Assembly (NCBI GenBank): GCA_964355515.1
Contig: CAYHDV010000003.1
Location: 7,914 to 71,913 of the forward strand
From: an uncultured Candidatus Saccharibacteria bacterium
GTDB taxonomy: Bacteria > Patescibacteriota > Minisyncoccia > Phycocordibacterales > CSBR16-119
Direction: 5' to 3'
DNA length: 64,000 nucleotides
The notes under the pieces: model-generated
What the model was told of the DNA's origin: nothing
The model's input: the letters and a program-made list of their open reading frames with translations, nothing else
The model's database searches: none
Made by a program: the position numbers and the translations under genes
Shown here: piece after piece, positions 1 through 9,216 of the stretch
Layout: each line of letters begins with the position of its first letter
How positions within the stretch are numbered: the first letter of the stretch is position 1

Positions 1-74
1 TTATTTTATTCTATTATAGCACAATCAGTATGAGTTTGTCAAGCACCTTTGGATGATCCCCAAAGAATCCTCGA

Positions 75-117
75 AACCTCGCTTTTTCAGAGGTTCAACC
101 TCTGAAAAAGTGAGGTT
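75..117. repeat. REP-like hairpin sharing the core AGAGGTTCAACCTCT with the RAYT-flanking palindromes
   Basis: AACCTCGCTTTTTCAGAGGTT-C-AACCTCTGAAAAAGTGAGGTT: 21-bp arms with one mismatch; same 15-bp core as 10935-10957. Confidence 0.75.
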
Positions 118-190
118 ACCTATCCCCTAGCATTTTCAAGGTTTTTTGTTATATTAGAAATACTTTTATCTAATTAATCCAACAAAAACA

Positions 191-775
191 ATGTTAATCC
201 CAACAGTTATAGAAAAATCACAATTTGGAGAACGAGCATACGATATCTACTCCAGGCTTCTAAATGAGAGAATTATCTTCCTTGGAGGTGGTATTGATGA
301 CCATGTAGCAAATGTAGTAGTTGCCCAACTTCTTTTCCTTGAATCAGAAGATCCAAAGAAAGATATCTATCTTTACATCAATTCACCAGGAGGAAGTGTG
401 CACGCTGGAATGGCCATCCTCGACACTATGAACCACATCAAACCAGAGGTCGCGACAGTGTGCGTAGGACACGCTGCGTCTATGGGAGCAATGCTTCTAT
501 CTGCCGGTGAGAAAGGAAAACGATTTGTACTTCCAAACTCAGAAGTCATGATCCACCAACCACTCGGAGGTATCGAAGGACAAGCAACCGATATCGAAAT
601 CACCGCCCAACACATCCTCAAAATCCGAGATACTCTAAACAAAATCCTTTCAGAGAACACAGGACAAAAACTAGAGAAAATCGCAAAGGATGTAGACCGA
701 GACTACTGGATGAGTGCCGAAGAAGCAGTAAAATATGGAATAGTAGACAAGGTAATGAAGAAACCAAAGAAATAG
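191..775 (+). CDS. clpP: ATP-dependent Clp protease proteolytic subunit
   Basis: [28 protein letters not shown] (catalytic Ser), MIHQP (His), [11 protein letters not shown] motifs. Confidence 0.98.
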   Translation: MLIPTVIEKSQFGERAYDIYSRLLNERIIFLGGGIDDHVANVVVAQLLFLESEDPKKDIYLYINSPGGSVHAGMAILDTMNHIKPEVATVCVGHAASMGAMLLSAGEKGKRFVLPNSEVMIHQPLGGIEGQATDIEITAQHILKIRDTLNKILSENTGQKLEKIAKDVDRDYWMSAEEAVKYGIVDKVMKKPKK

Positions 776-792
776 TTTTCTTAATTAAACAT

Positions 793-827
793 AAAAAAGC
801 TCGGCGCCTCTGGCGCCGAGCTTTTTT
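793..827 (+). terminator. Intrinsic terminator (probably bidirectional) after clpP
   Basis: AAAAAAGCTCGGCGCC-TCT-GGCGCCGAGCTTTTTT. Confidence 0.85.
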
Positions 828-1004
828 ATTCACCGCAGGATGTTGGCAACATGAAGGAGAGAGATTTTTTACTTCTTTTGAAAGAGAACAAAGCTGTTTT
901 CTTTCAAAAGAAGTAGTACATATTACCAACATCCTATGGTGACTCATATTTTATTATTATCACATAGCCTGTATCTCTCTTTTTTTATTTCTTTACTTAC
1001 ATCA

Positions 1005-1082
1005 TACTCGCAATGAAACCTCGAATCTATTACAACTCAAGATTTCAATAACGAGGGCAAGCGATTTTTAAGTCGCTTGCCC
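1005..1082 (-). repeat. Double-hairpin intergenic element, copy 1
   Basis: 1005-1057 matches 1733-1785 at 52/53 nt; adjacent hairpin GGGCAAGCGA/TCGCTTGCCC. Confidence 0.85.
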
Positions 1083-1161
1083 GTTTGTGATTAACCCTAA
1101 CCCGTTATCAGTCCAGGAAGAATTTGACGTCTACCTGGAGGTTCCATCCCCCCCTCTCACT

Positions 1162-1710
1162 TCAATGGCCATCCAGCCAATTGAAGAAATTGTTCTCCGC
1201 TCCTGCCACCACTTCTGGTGACAGTCCAGCCAATGGGGAGGAGTACCCCATTTGGCCGTAATACATTTTTTTAGTATCAAACGGAGGGCAAAATGCCTCC
1301 GGAAACTGAGCCTCTTTATTTTTTTGGGCTTCAGTCAGCCCGCCCTCCCCAAGGAGGGCCAGTTGCCACCACTTGTTCTGGTGGCCATCAGTTATCTGGA
1401 TGTTCCCCACCCGGAAGGATGGGTTGCATCCAAAGGTAAAGAGGTCCCCTCTCGGATTCCTCTCTTCTTTTGCAGCCTGGAACTGGCTGCAAAATTTAAT
1501 AGTCCTCTCTTCCGAGGGACTATCAAATATTTCTCTCGATATGATTGTCAGGGGAATCTCTTCCGCTAACAGGTAATTAATCATCTCGCCATTATCTGGC
1601 CAGATTGTTCCGTTCGCTAGAACCTGATTAATTTTTATCTTTTTCATACTCTCTTCCCTTGCCATCTCTGACTTGAAACCTGCAATAGCAGGAACTTTCC
1701 ACGGGATCAT
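1162..1710 (-). CDS. Hypothetical protein (orphan-like, 182 aa)
   Basis: Long ORF with protein-like composition, A-rich leader before ATG; no family recognised. Confidence 0.7.
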   Translation of the reverse strand: MIPWKVPAIAGFKSEMAREESMKKIKINQVLANGTIWPDNGEMINYLLAEEIPLTIISREIFDSPSEERTIKFCSQFQAAKEERNPRGDLFTFGCNPSFRVGNIQITDGHQNKWWQLALLGEGGLTEAQKNKEAQFPEAFCPPFDTKKMYYGQMGYSSPLAGLSPEVVAGAENNFFNWLDGH

Positions 1711-1732
1711 GGATTGTTTTTAGTTTAACTTT

Positions 1733-1809
1733 TACTCGCAATGAAACCTCGAATCTCTTACAACTCAAGATTTCAATAACGAGGGAAAGCAGAAACCATC
1801 TGCTTTCCC
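1733..1809 (-). repeat. Double-hairpin intergenic element, copy 2
   Basis: Near-identical to 1005-1057; adjacent hairpin GGGAAAGCAGA/TCTGCTTTCCC. Confidence 0.85.
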
Positions 1810-1819
1810 TATATAACCC

Positions 1820-2569
1820 TTATTCCCTCAGCCACTGCTGGATGAAGGTACCCAACCCTGCAAATTCTTGCAGGTCTTGAATTGTTTTGGGAAAAATATC
1901 CCTGGGGTTTTCAGCCCCTCTTTTCATACCTAGTGAACGACCAAGATAATGGCCATCCGCTATCCTTACTCCGACCTTCTTCTCTTGGAAGAAGGGAAGG
2001 ATTTTTTCTTCCAAAAATTTTTTCTGGAAGAAACCTTCCCAAGATTTCTCTTGGGAGGACTCCCATTCGACTACATCCATTGCGGTGTAGCCAATGTTCT
2101 TTAAGTTTTTGTAGACAAAATCTTTGTCTACAAAAACAGAAAATGGATCTTCTACTAAAGACCCATATCCAGAGAAGTCTCCGGACCACCAGCCTAACTG
2201 GCTGATGTCTTCTCTTGATAACTGGGTTTCTATCCCAGCAATATAAATGTTATCAATATGGATAACATTTATGTTGTACTTTTTATTTTGAACTGGGAGA
2301 TTAACTCCCAATTCATGAAGTACCTCTGGGTTTTTAATCCGGAGGTATCCTCTCCCCACCACTTCGTAGTGGAGGGTTTTCGCAATCTCTCTTGGAAGAG
2401 CAACCACGCTCTCCCATTTTAGATTTTGACCACAATCATAGTGGTCAAGTAGCCCTAAGGCTATCTTGAAGTCTGGGCCAGAGCTTAACTCTGGCAAAAC
2501 TTTTGCAATGTTCCCAAAAGAGGGATTCATCGGGAAAAGATTATATTGATGCACTTTTTTCTCATTCAT
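1820..2569 (-). CDS. Hypothetical protein (orphan-like, 249 aa)
   Basis: Long ORF, globular-looking composition; no family recognised. Confidence 0.75.
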   Translation of the reverse strand: MNEKKVHQYNLFPMNPSFGNIAKVLPELSSGPDFKIALGLLDHYDCGQNLKWESVVALPREIAKTLHYEVVGRGYLRIKNPEVLHELGVNLPVQNKKYNINVIHIDNIYIAGIETQLSREDISQLGWWSGDFSGYGSLVEDPFSVFVDKDFVYKNLKNIGYTAMDVVEWESSQEKSWEGFFQKKFLEEKILPFFQEKKVGVRIADGHYLGRSLGMKRGAENPRDIFPKTIQDLQEFAGLGTFIQQWLRE

Positions 2570-2575
2570 TTTTTC

Positions 2576-2681
2576 TTGTTTTGGTTACTTTTACTCACGA
2601 AAAATCGCAGACAAAAGTAACCAAAACAAATAGGTTTGAATTCCCTACCCAGCACCAATTTCAATTGAAATTGGTGCTGGG
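2576..2681 (-). repeat. Third double-hairpin junction: 17-bp inverted repeat (2576-2592/2613-2629) plus perfect 34-bp palindrome (2648-2681)
   Basis: TTGTTTTGGTTACTTTT/AAAAGTAACCAAAACAA and CCCAGCACCAATTTCAA|TTGAAATTGGTGCTGGG read directly. Confidence 0.85.
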
Positions 2682-3369
2682 ATAAGAAAGGCAAGTTGAT
2701 CTTGCCAACAACAGTCAGACGGATTGAACCGTTTGATGATTGAAGAATTTTTTCCATCTCTTTTTTGGTTTTGAGATGAATACTTTATCCGTCCGAATCT
2801 CGCTCTTTGGATAAATAGCGCCCTGTTTTGTGTCTAGGAATGACAACGGTTTTCACCGCAAATATACACACGCTACACATGCATATATTTGCGGTATCGA
2901 AAAGTGCCTCTCTCCTTGCACTGCTCAATACCATTTAATTTTTTAATAACCAGCTCACAAAAATCCTGTCGTGATTTTCTCACCTGTGCAGATGTGATGT
3001 GCCTGGGTTTATTCTATTGTCAAAGTTCTTTTCTCTTTATTACTCTCTCCTTTTGAGAATCCTAAAGATATTTCTGGGAGTAAGACGGGTTAGTTTCTTA
3101 CTTGCCCAGTCGATATCTCTACGATACGATGTGATACTTTTTTCCGACAGCCGACCAAAGGTTTGACTGCGACCCTACACACTGAAGGAGTGATTGCTTT
3201 TGCGAACAATTTCACTTCGGGAGGATAATATCTATGCAAAACTTTAAAGTTATATATTTGACCACTATCCACTTCTTTGTGCTCTCCTCACTCTCTCCTT
3301 AATTAGAGTGAAGAACGGTCAGCTATATATCTTTTTATTTGAAAGAACTTAATTAACTTTCTTGTCTAT

Positions 3370-3398
3370 ATAATAGCATCTATTCCTTGTTTTGTCAA
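3370..3398 (-). promoter_or_regulatory. Sigma70-like promoter facing the orphan array
   Basis: Minus strand TTGACA-17 nt-TATTAT. Confidence 0.65.
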
Positions 3399-3512
3399 TT
3401 AATTGTGATTAAATTTATTAAATAGGTCAAAATACGTTGATAAATAAAGCTTTTTTAGTTATCCACATTGTCACAGTTGTATGACAATTACAAATAATGT
3501 ACCATAAAAGGT

Positions 3513-4337
3513 ATGGATAATGACAATATTCTAAGACAAGCAGGTCTCACAGAAGATCAAGCTCAAATATATGAGGCTCTGCTTGACCGTGGAGTTCAGA
3601 GAGCTAGCACCCTCTCAAAATGGACCGGTATTAAAAGAGGTCTCACCTACAAAACCCTCGAGCAGCTCGAGCTTATGGGTTTGATAAAAAAGACTGAAAA
3701 CAAAGGCTCTGTAGCCACTTTTTCGGCCCAACATCCAAGTAATTTAATGCAGAACATAGAAAGAAAGGAGCGTGAAATAGCCCTCTCAAAGGAGATGGTT
3801 ATTTATTCTCTTGGAAGTCTTGTTTCTAAGTACAATCTTCTGGAAGATAAGCCCAATATTCAGTTTTTCGAAGGAATAGAGGGTCTTAATAAGTTATATA
3901 CAGATATAATCGCAATCAAAAAAAATATCCTCCTAATCCAGTCACCAGATGACCGAAATCATCCAGAAATAGAAAAGTTGATTCAATTACAAATAAAGCG
4001 ACAAGTTGATACTAATATACAAACAAGAGCAATCACACCACTCGTTGAAGATACAAAGATCTTTGTAGAAAAATATGATGAAAAAAATCTTGTAACCAGA
4101 CGAATAGTAAAGCCAGGAAACTTTTCTCCCCCAGCTCAAATAATAGTTTTTGGTAACAAGGTTGGAATAACCTCTTTTGAAGAAAATATGATCACAACAA
4201 TAATAGAAAGTGAATCATTCTCAAAAACATTTGAAAGCATATTTAACTTAATTTGGGAGAAACAATCAGAAGAACACGAGGAGATTATTGCTTCTCTTGG
4301 AGTTCATTCAGATAAAGACGGAACATCTCTGCTATAG
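3513..4337 (+). CDS. TrmB-family transcriptional regulator
   Basis: N-terminal GLTEDQAQIYEALL...GIKRGLTYKTLEQLELMGLI wHTH; PNIQFFEGIEG linker; IIVFGNKVGITSF C-terminal domain. Confidence 0.85.
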   Translation: MDNDNILRQAGLTEDQAQIYEALLDRGVQRASTLSKWTGIKRGLTYKTLEQLELMGLIKKTENKGSVATFSAQHPSNLMQNIERKEREIALSKEMVIYSLGSLVSKYNLLEDKPNIQFFEGIEGLNKLYTDIIAIKKNILLIQSPDDRNHPEIEKLIQLQIKRQVDTNIQTRAITPLVEDTKIFVEKYDEKNLVTRRIVKPGNFSPPAQIIVFGNKVGITSFEENMITTIIESESFSKTFESIFNLIWEKQSEEHEEIIASLGVHSDKDGTSLL

Positions 4338-5979
4338 AAGCGAAGGTTTCTTCTTCTCCGAACTCAGGAGAAAATGTTTCTGTCGTGTGGTGTGAGTCCA
4401 CGGCTTCTTCAAAAAAATTACCCAAGACATCACCTGTTCGAGATAATTCATCATCTTCGCGGTAAGCCCTCCCCATATCAAGAGATACATGAGCCCGGCC
4501 GGCTTCTTCATGATCCTCTCTATCAATCCCTATTCTTAAATTTGAACCCTCCATTAGATTGTTTTGCTTATGAGATTTTGTTGAATTGAAAAATGCTTTT
4601 TTAAGATTTTCATTTGGTACAACCGTATCAAAATTCAACTCAAAATTTATACGAGCCTGGGCATTTCTTTCTTTTCTTGGACGAACAAATGTCTTGAGCT
4701 CATATTCATAACCCTTTGTCTTGTCATCAACCCTCAACTTAAGACCATTTGCTGTTTTGTTTATAAGAGTAAAATCATAATTTTTTTGTTCTGGCATATC
4801 CGCTAAAATATCCAGCATTGTTGTCACACCCTCAATAGCATTCAAAACATCTTCTATATTTAATTTCGTTATATCTTCCATGGCAATACTGTTTGCCCCC
4901 ACCAAAATATCCTTGGCGCGAATCATTAGAGCTTCATAGAGTTCGTAGGGAAGCTTTTCTTTGGAGGGAATATCCAGGTCTGACCCCTCTATTGATTTTG
5001 AAAGTAATTCTTTAATTTTTTCTGCCGTATCAATAAGTTTTGAATATCCTTCAAATATTTTCTCTGACTCTTCCTGACGAAGCTTCGCACCAAGATCTAG
5101 GATTTTGCCCCCCATTTCTTGCCCACCTTGCTCCATAGACAAAAAGGTTCGAAGACCACTTCCGCCATACTTGTTTAAAAAAGATCTTAATTGACCCGCT
5201 TCTTCATTTGTTTTGTTCTTTATATAAGAAAAAAAGTTAAACAATTCAATTAAATTTGTCTGAGAAAAAGAAATCCCTAGATCTTTTTCTATTGGCGCCC
5301 TTAGGGCTTTGTTAGAAAAAAGTTTCTCAAACAAATCTATTTCTTTCTTATTAGCAGGATTCAAAACACCACTCATACTTAATTCATTATCAATTTCTTT
5401 AGAATTTTTAGAAAAAAAGAGTGTTTCATTAATATTTTTTATGTCACGCTTTGGTACACCAAGCCTTTTCATTCTATCTTTATATTCATTAAATTTATTT
5501 TTTTCTATCAACTTCAAGGAATCATCCAAAACAAGCGCAAAATGATTTTTATCAAAATCAATCTTTCTGACACTATTACCAAAGTTTTCCAAAAACAGCC
5601 CATTGTCTACGGTTGTTAGGTACTGAGAGAGGATATAGTTTGAGCCTTCATCTCCCCCCTGAGTATTGTTCAAATTCTCTATATATTGGCTATAAAAAGT
5701 TTTACTAGTGAGGTCACGGCCAATCATTTGGTCTCTATTTTCGCCAGAGCACGCACCTAGAGATGTGATATTTAGATAACTCTCTTCAAATTTATCAGGG
5801 TCTTTAAGGTCAATCTTAGGTAAAACTACATTCTCAATTCGCTTAGCCTCTCCTTCACCATAACCCCATGCGTACTGCTCACCATCACCCATCGATGGGT
5901 TTTTCCAAATTTCTATTCCCTCAATAACAACAGGACTTTCTTCTTGAGTATGATTGTAATTATTTGACCCTTCTTTCAT
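4285..5979 (-). CDS. Hypothetical protein (564 aa)
   Basis: Long ORF; TATAAT 7 nt upstream of ATG; 3' end overlaps the TrmB gene convergently by 53 bp. Confidence 0.8.
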   Translation of the reverse strand: MKEGSNNYNHTQEESPVVIEGIEIWKNPSMGDGEQYAWGYGEGEAKRIENVVLPKIDLKDPDKFEESYLNITSLGACSGENRDQMIGRDLTSKTFYSQYIENLNNTQGGDEGSNYILSQYLTTVDNGLFLENFGNSVRKIDFDKNHFALVLDDSLKLIEKNKFNEYKDRMKRLGVPKRDIKNINETLFFSKNSKEIDNELSMSGVLNPANKKEIDLFEKLFSNKALRAPIEKDLGISFSQTNLIELFNFFSYIKNKTNEEAGQLRSFLNKYGGSGLRTFLSMEQGGQEMGGKILDLGAKLRQEESEKIFEGYSKLIDTAEKIKELLSKSIEGSDLDIPSKEKLPYELYEALMIRAKDILVGANSIAMEDITKLNIEDVLNAIEGVTTMLDILADMPEQKNYDFTLINKTANGLKLRVDDKTKGYEYELKTFVRPRKERNAQARINFELNFDTVVPNENLKKAFFNSTKSHKQNNLMEGSNLRIGIDREDHEEAGRAHVSLDMGRAYREDDELSRTGDVLGNFFEEAVDSHHTTETFSPEFGEEETFASIAEMFRLYLNELQEKQ

Positions 5980-6178
5980 ACCCCAAATTATACACCACTA
6001 GCTCAAAATACAACCCTCTGTTATACTTGGCTTGTTATTAGATTAAATATACAGACCTGACCGTAGATACCGACATGACCCGTACCGACAATGAAAACTC
6101 TTTCTTCTTGAATTTTTTCACGACATACCTAAACCGACATAAATAAAACGTATCTAACCGAAGGGTCTTTGACCACAT

Positions 6179-7705
6179 ATGAATATAAAAATAATTATCT
6201 TTTTTGCTCTTACACTTTGTGTGGGAGGAGCTTTGGGATATGCACTACGATATCTCCTTGCAATAGGAAAGCGTGGCGGAGTGGAGCTAGAAATAAAGCA
6301 GATGATAGTAGATGCAAAAGAAGAGGCGTCTAGAATAACCGATGAATCAAAGAAAAAGGCAGAATTAAAAGAGCTAGAACTTAAAAAAGAAGAGAGAGAA
6401 CGAGAGTCAGAATTTAAAAAGACAGAAGACCGATTTATAAAAAAAGAAGAGCTTTTGGATGCAAGACAAGTAGAGCTAGACAAAGAATCAGAAGATATCA
6501 AAAGAAGACTAACAGACATAACAGAAAAACAAGAATTATTAGCTGATCTCGAAACAAAGAAACAAGATGAGCTTTCTAAGATTGCCCAAAAAACAAAGGA
6601 GGAGGCGCTCGAAGAAATATTTATTTCAATAGAAAGACAATACAGTGAAGACTTGCTTGCTCGAACTCAAAAGCTAGAACTTGCAAACAAAGAAAAACTC
6701 GACGCAAGAGCTCGTGATATTTTGACTATGTCTATTCAAAGAATGGCAAACGCCAATGTTTCAGACATCATGACAACAAACGTCACCCTATCTTCAGATG
6801 AAGAAAAAGGTAAGATTATCGGAAAAGAAGGTAGAAATATTCGTGCATTTGAAAGAGCTGCTGGAGTGGAGCTTATTGTAGACGACACGCCAGGGGTTGT
6901 GATTATTTCTGCGTTTGATCCTGTGCGACGACAAGTGGCACGTGTAGCACTTGAACACCTGATCGCCGATGGTAGAATCCAACCAGCAAAAATAGAAGAA
7001 GTGGTGAAAAAATCACAAGAAGAAGTAAACAACATAATCAAACAAAAAGGGGAAGAGGCTGTCTATGAACTTGGAATATATAACTTTGATCCACGAATTG
7101 TGGCTATTCTGGGGCGACTTTATTTCCGAACAAGCTACGGACAAAACGTCCTTCAGCACTCAGTAGAGATGGCACACATCGCAGCCATGATCGCAGAAGA
7201 GCTTGGGGCTGATGTAGCGGTAGCAAAGGCTGGAGCATTGGTGCATGACATAGGAAAGGCTCTTACACACGAAGTCCAGGGATCCCATGTTGATATTGGA
7301 ATAAGAATCCTTACAAAATTCGGAGCAGAAAAAGCAGTGATAGATGCAATGAAGAGTCATCATGATGAGTACCCATATGAAACCCTTGAAGCTCATATCG
7401 TCCAAACAGCAGATGCTATCTCAGGTGGAAGACCGGGGGCCAGACGTGATTCAGTAGAAAATTACTTGAAACGACTAGAGGAGCTAGAAAAAATAGCAAC
7501 AAGCCAAAAAGGTGTTGAGAAGGCTTATGCCCTATCAGCCGGGAGAGAAATCCGAGTGTTTGTAACACCAGAAAATATTTCTGATATTGAAGCCAAAGAA
7601 ACAGCAAGAGAAATTGCAAAAAACATTGAAGCAAATCTCAAATACCCAGGTGAAATACGAGTTGTGGTTATTCGAGAAAATAGAGTGATTGAGTTTGCAA
7701 GGTAG
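6179..7705 (+). CDS. rny: Ribonuclease Y
   Basis: N-terminal TM helix, coiled coil, KH (KGKIIGKEGRNIR), HD domain (RTSYGQNVLQHS, VHDIGK, ADAISGGRPGAR). Confidence 0.97.
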   Translation: MNIKIIIFFALTLCVGGALGYALRYLLAIGKRGGVELEIKQMIVDAKEEASRITDESKKKAELKELELKKEERERESEFKKTEDRFIKKEELLDARQVELDKESEDIKRRLTDITEKQELLADLETKKQDELSKIAQKTKEEALEEIFISIERQYSEDLLARTQKLELANKEKLDARARDILTMSIQRMANANVSDIMTTNVTLSSDEEKGKIIGKEGRNIRAFERAAGVELIVDDTPGVVIISAFDPVRRQVARVALEHLIADGRIQPAKIEEVVKKSQEEVNNIIKQKGEEAVYELGIYNFDPRIVAILGRLYFRTSYGQNVLQHSVEMAHIAAMIAEELGADVAVAKAGALVHDIGKALTHEVQGSHVDIGIRILTKFGAEKAVIDAMKSHHDEYPYETLEAHIVQTADAISGGRPGARRDSVENYLKRLEELEKIATSQKGVEKAYALSAGREIRVFVTPENISDIEAKETAREIAKNIEANLKYPGEIRVVVIRENRVIEFAR

Positions 7706-7720
7706 TAGACTCAACATTTG

Positions 7721-7754
7721 GAAAAGACCCGCCCCCTAGGGGGCGGGTCTTTTC
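7721..7754. terminator. Perfect palindromic terminator after rny
   Basis: GAAAAGACCCGCCCCCT|AGGGGGCGGGTCTTTTC. Confidence 0.85.
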
Positions 7755-7808
7755 TCTTACCCAACCAAAACAAAAAGGACCACACACGGTGGTCCTTTCA
7801 TGCTTTCC

Positions 7809-8048
7809 TCATGGCTTCTTTTTTCCAAATGTCTTGTTCCAAATGAGGGATAACCCCAAAAGCATCAAAATCAAAGGAATGAGAGCATTCATTACAAGTG
7901 AGTAAATCGCAGTTATGATTGTCTGTTGTAGTTCTGGGCTGAACATGACAATCAAGGTGAGTATGCTCAATATGATAATCACAGTTCTCTTTGGTTCCCC
8001 AAAAAAGAAATCCATCCATTTTTCTCCAGTATTTTTTTCGTCAGCCAT
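7809..8048 (-). CDS. Small membrane protein (two TM helices)
   Basis: Two hydrophobic stretches; own promoter TTGACA-16-TATAAT at 8084-8111 on the minus strand. Confidence 0.7.
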   Translation of the reverse strand: MADEKNTGEKWMDFFFGEPKRTVIIILSILTLIVMFSPELQQTIITAIYSLVMNALIPLILMLLGLSLIWNKTFGKKKP

Positions 8049-8269
8049 GGCTTCTAGATTTTTAAATTTTTTTGATTTATTCTATTATATCAGATAATAG
8101 AATTATGTCAATCTATTATTTTTGCCAAAATCCCTTGCATGAAAAATACGTTGATATATAATGGTTTCTGAGACAGTGAGTATTCCCTACCCACTGCTCA
8201 CAGATAAATCAGAGCTTTGGTCGAGAAGTTATAAGTTAAATATGGCACTTCAAGTGTCAGAATAAAACT

Positions 8270-8542
8270 ATGAACAAAGCATCACTAGTAGAGATTGTTC
8301 ACGCAAAACTTGGTGGAACAAAAGTTCAAGCAGAAGATGTAGTAAATGGAATCTTTGATTCAATTATCGCATCTATGAAAGCTGGAAATGATGTTTCTAT
8401 TGCTGGATTCGGTATTTTTGCCGTAAAAAGACAAGCCGCACGAACAGCTCGAAACCCAAGAACAGGAGATACTGTTCAGGTAAAAGCTAAAAATGCTCCA
8501 AAATTCAAAGCTGCAAAAGCTTTGAAGGACGCAGTTAACTAA
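8270..8542 (+). CDS. hup: DNA-binding protein HU
   Basis: MNKASLV...IAGFGIF...ARTARNPRTG...PKFKAAKALKDAVN. Confidence 0.97.
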   Translation: MNKASLVEIVHAKLGGTKVQAEDVVNGIFDSIIASMKAGNDVSIAGFGIFAVKRQAARTARNPRTGDTVQVKAKNAPKFKAAKALKDAVN

Positions 8543-8697
8543 TACCTTATATTTTTTGTATACAAGAAATATATCGGCGACCTAAAAAATTGCCACCTTA
8601 CAAAAAAGACCCATTGTGAAATGGGGCTTTTTTGTTTCTAATACTTGCCGAACAATCGGTTTTTTGCTACTATACATTTCGTTATTAAGAACACCGA

Positions 8698-8770
8698 GGG
8701 GGTGTAGTATAACGGCTCATTATGCCTGCCTTCCAAGCAGGAGATCGGGGTTCGATTCCCCGCACCCTCA
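8698..8770 (+). tRNA. tRNA-Gly(TCC), CCA not encoded
   Basis: Acceptor GGGGGTG/CACCCTC, anticodon arm CCTGC-CTTCCAA-GCAGG, T-arm CGGGG-TTCGATT-CCCCG. Confidence 0.93.
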
Positions 8771-9185
8771 CAAAACACTAGAGTCACCATGCAACGCATG
8801 GTGGCTTTTGTGTTTTACAGGTAGTAAGGGGAATCGAACCGAGCCCCGACGAAGTCTTTCGAGTATAACGAGAAAGCCGGGGCGAGTGGCGGCTGATGGA
8901 ACGAGATTTTTTGTGAGTGAAACGAAGCAAAAAATCCGTGAGAGGAGCCTATTCCCCGCACCCTCACAAATCTAAAAAGTCATGAATTACTCCATGGCTT
9001 TTTAGATTCTCGAGACGGGGGCGAGAAAGCAAATTTCTTTGCTTTCGTGGGAATCGAACCAGCGGAGCCATATTTCGAACAAAGTGAGAAAAAGCGAGAT
9101 GCGTCCAGCAGTACTTACTTCGCAGAAAATCTTTGATTTTTGAGAAAGTTAGTAACTGCGGGATCATTCCCCGCACCCTCACAAA
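8755..9185 (+). repeat. Three direct copies of the tRNA-Gly 3' end (ATTCCCCGCACCCTCACAAA)
   Basis: Identical 20-mers at 8755-8774, 8951-8970 and 9166-9185. Confidence 0.92.
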
Positions 9186-9216
9186 GAAACAAAGACGCCA
9201 ACCTGGCGTCTTTGTT

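Noticed and set aside
618-947. 109-aa minus-strand ORF as last cassette gene
   Set aside because: It runs through the clpP terminator and antisense into clpP; at most a truncated remnant, so it is not listed as a CDS.
8755-9185. CRISPR array (three identical 20-mers)
   Set aside because: The repeat is the tRNA 3' end, the spacers are ~175-195 bp, and no cas genes are in the window.
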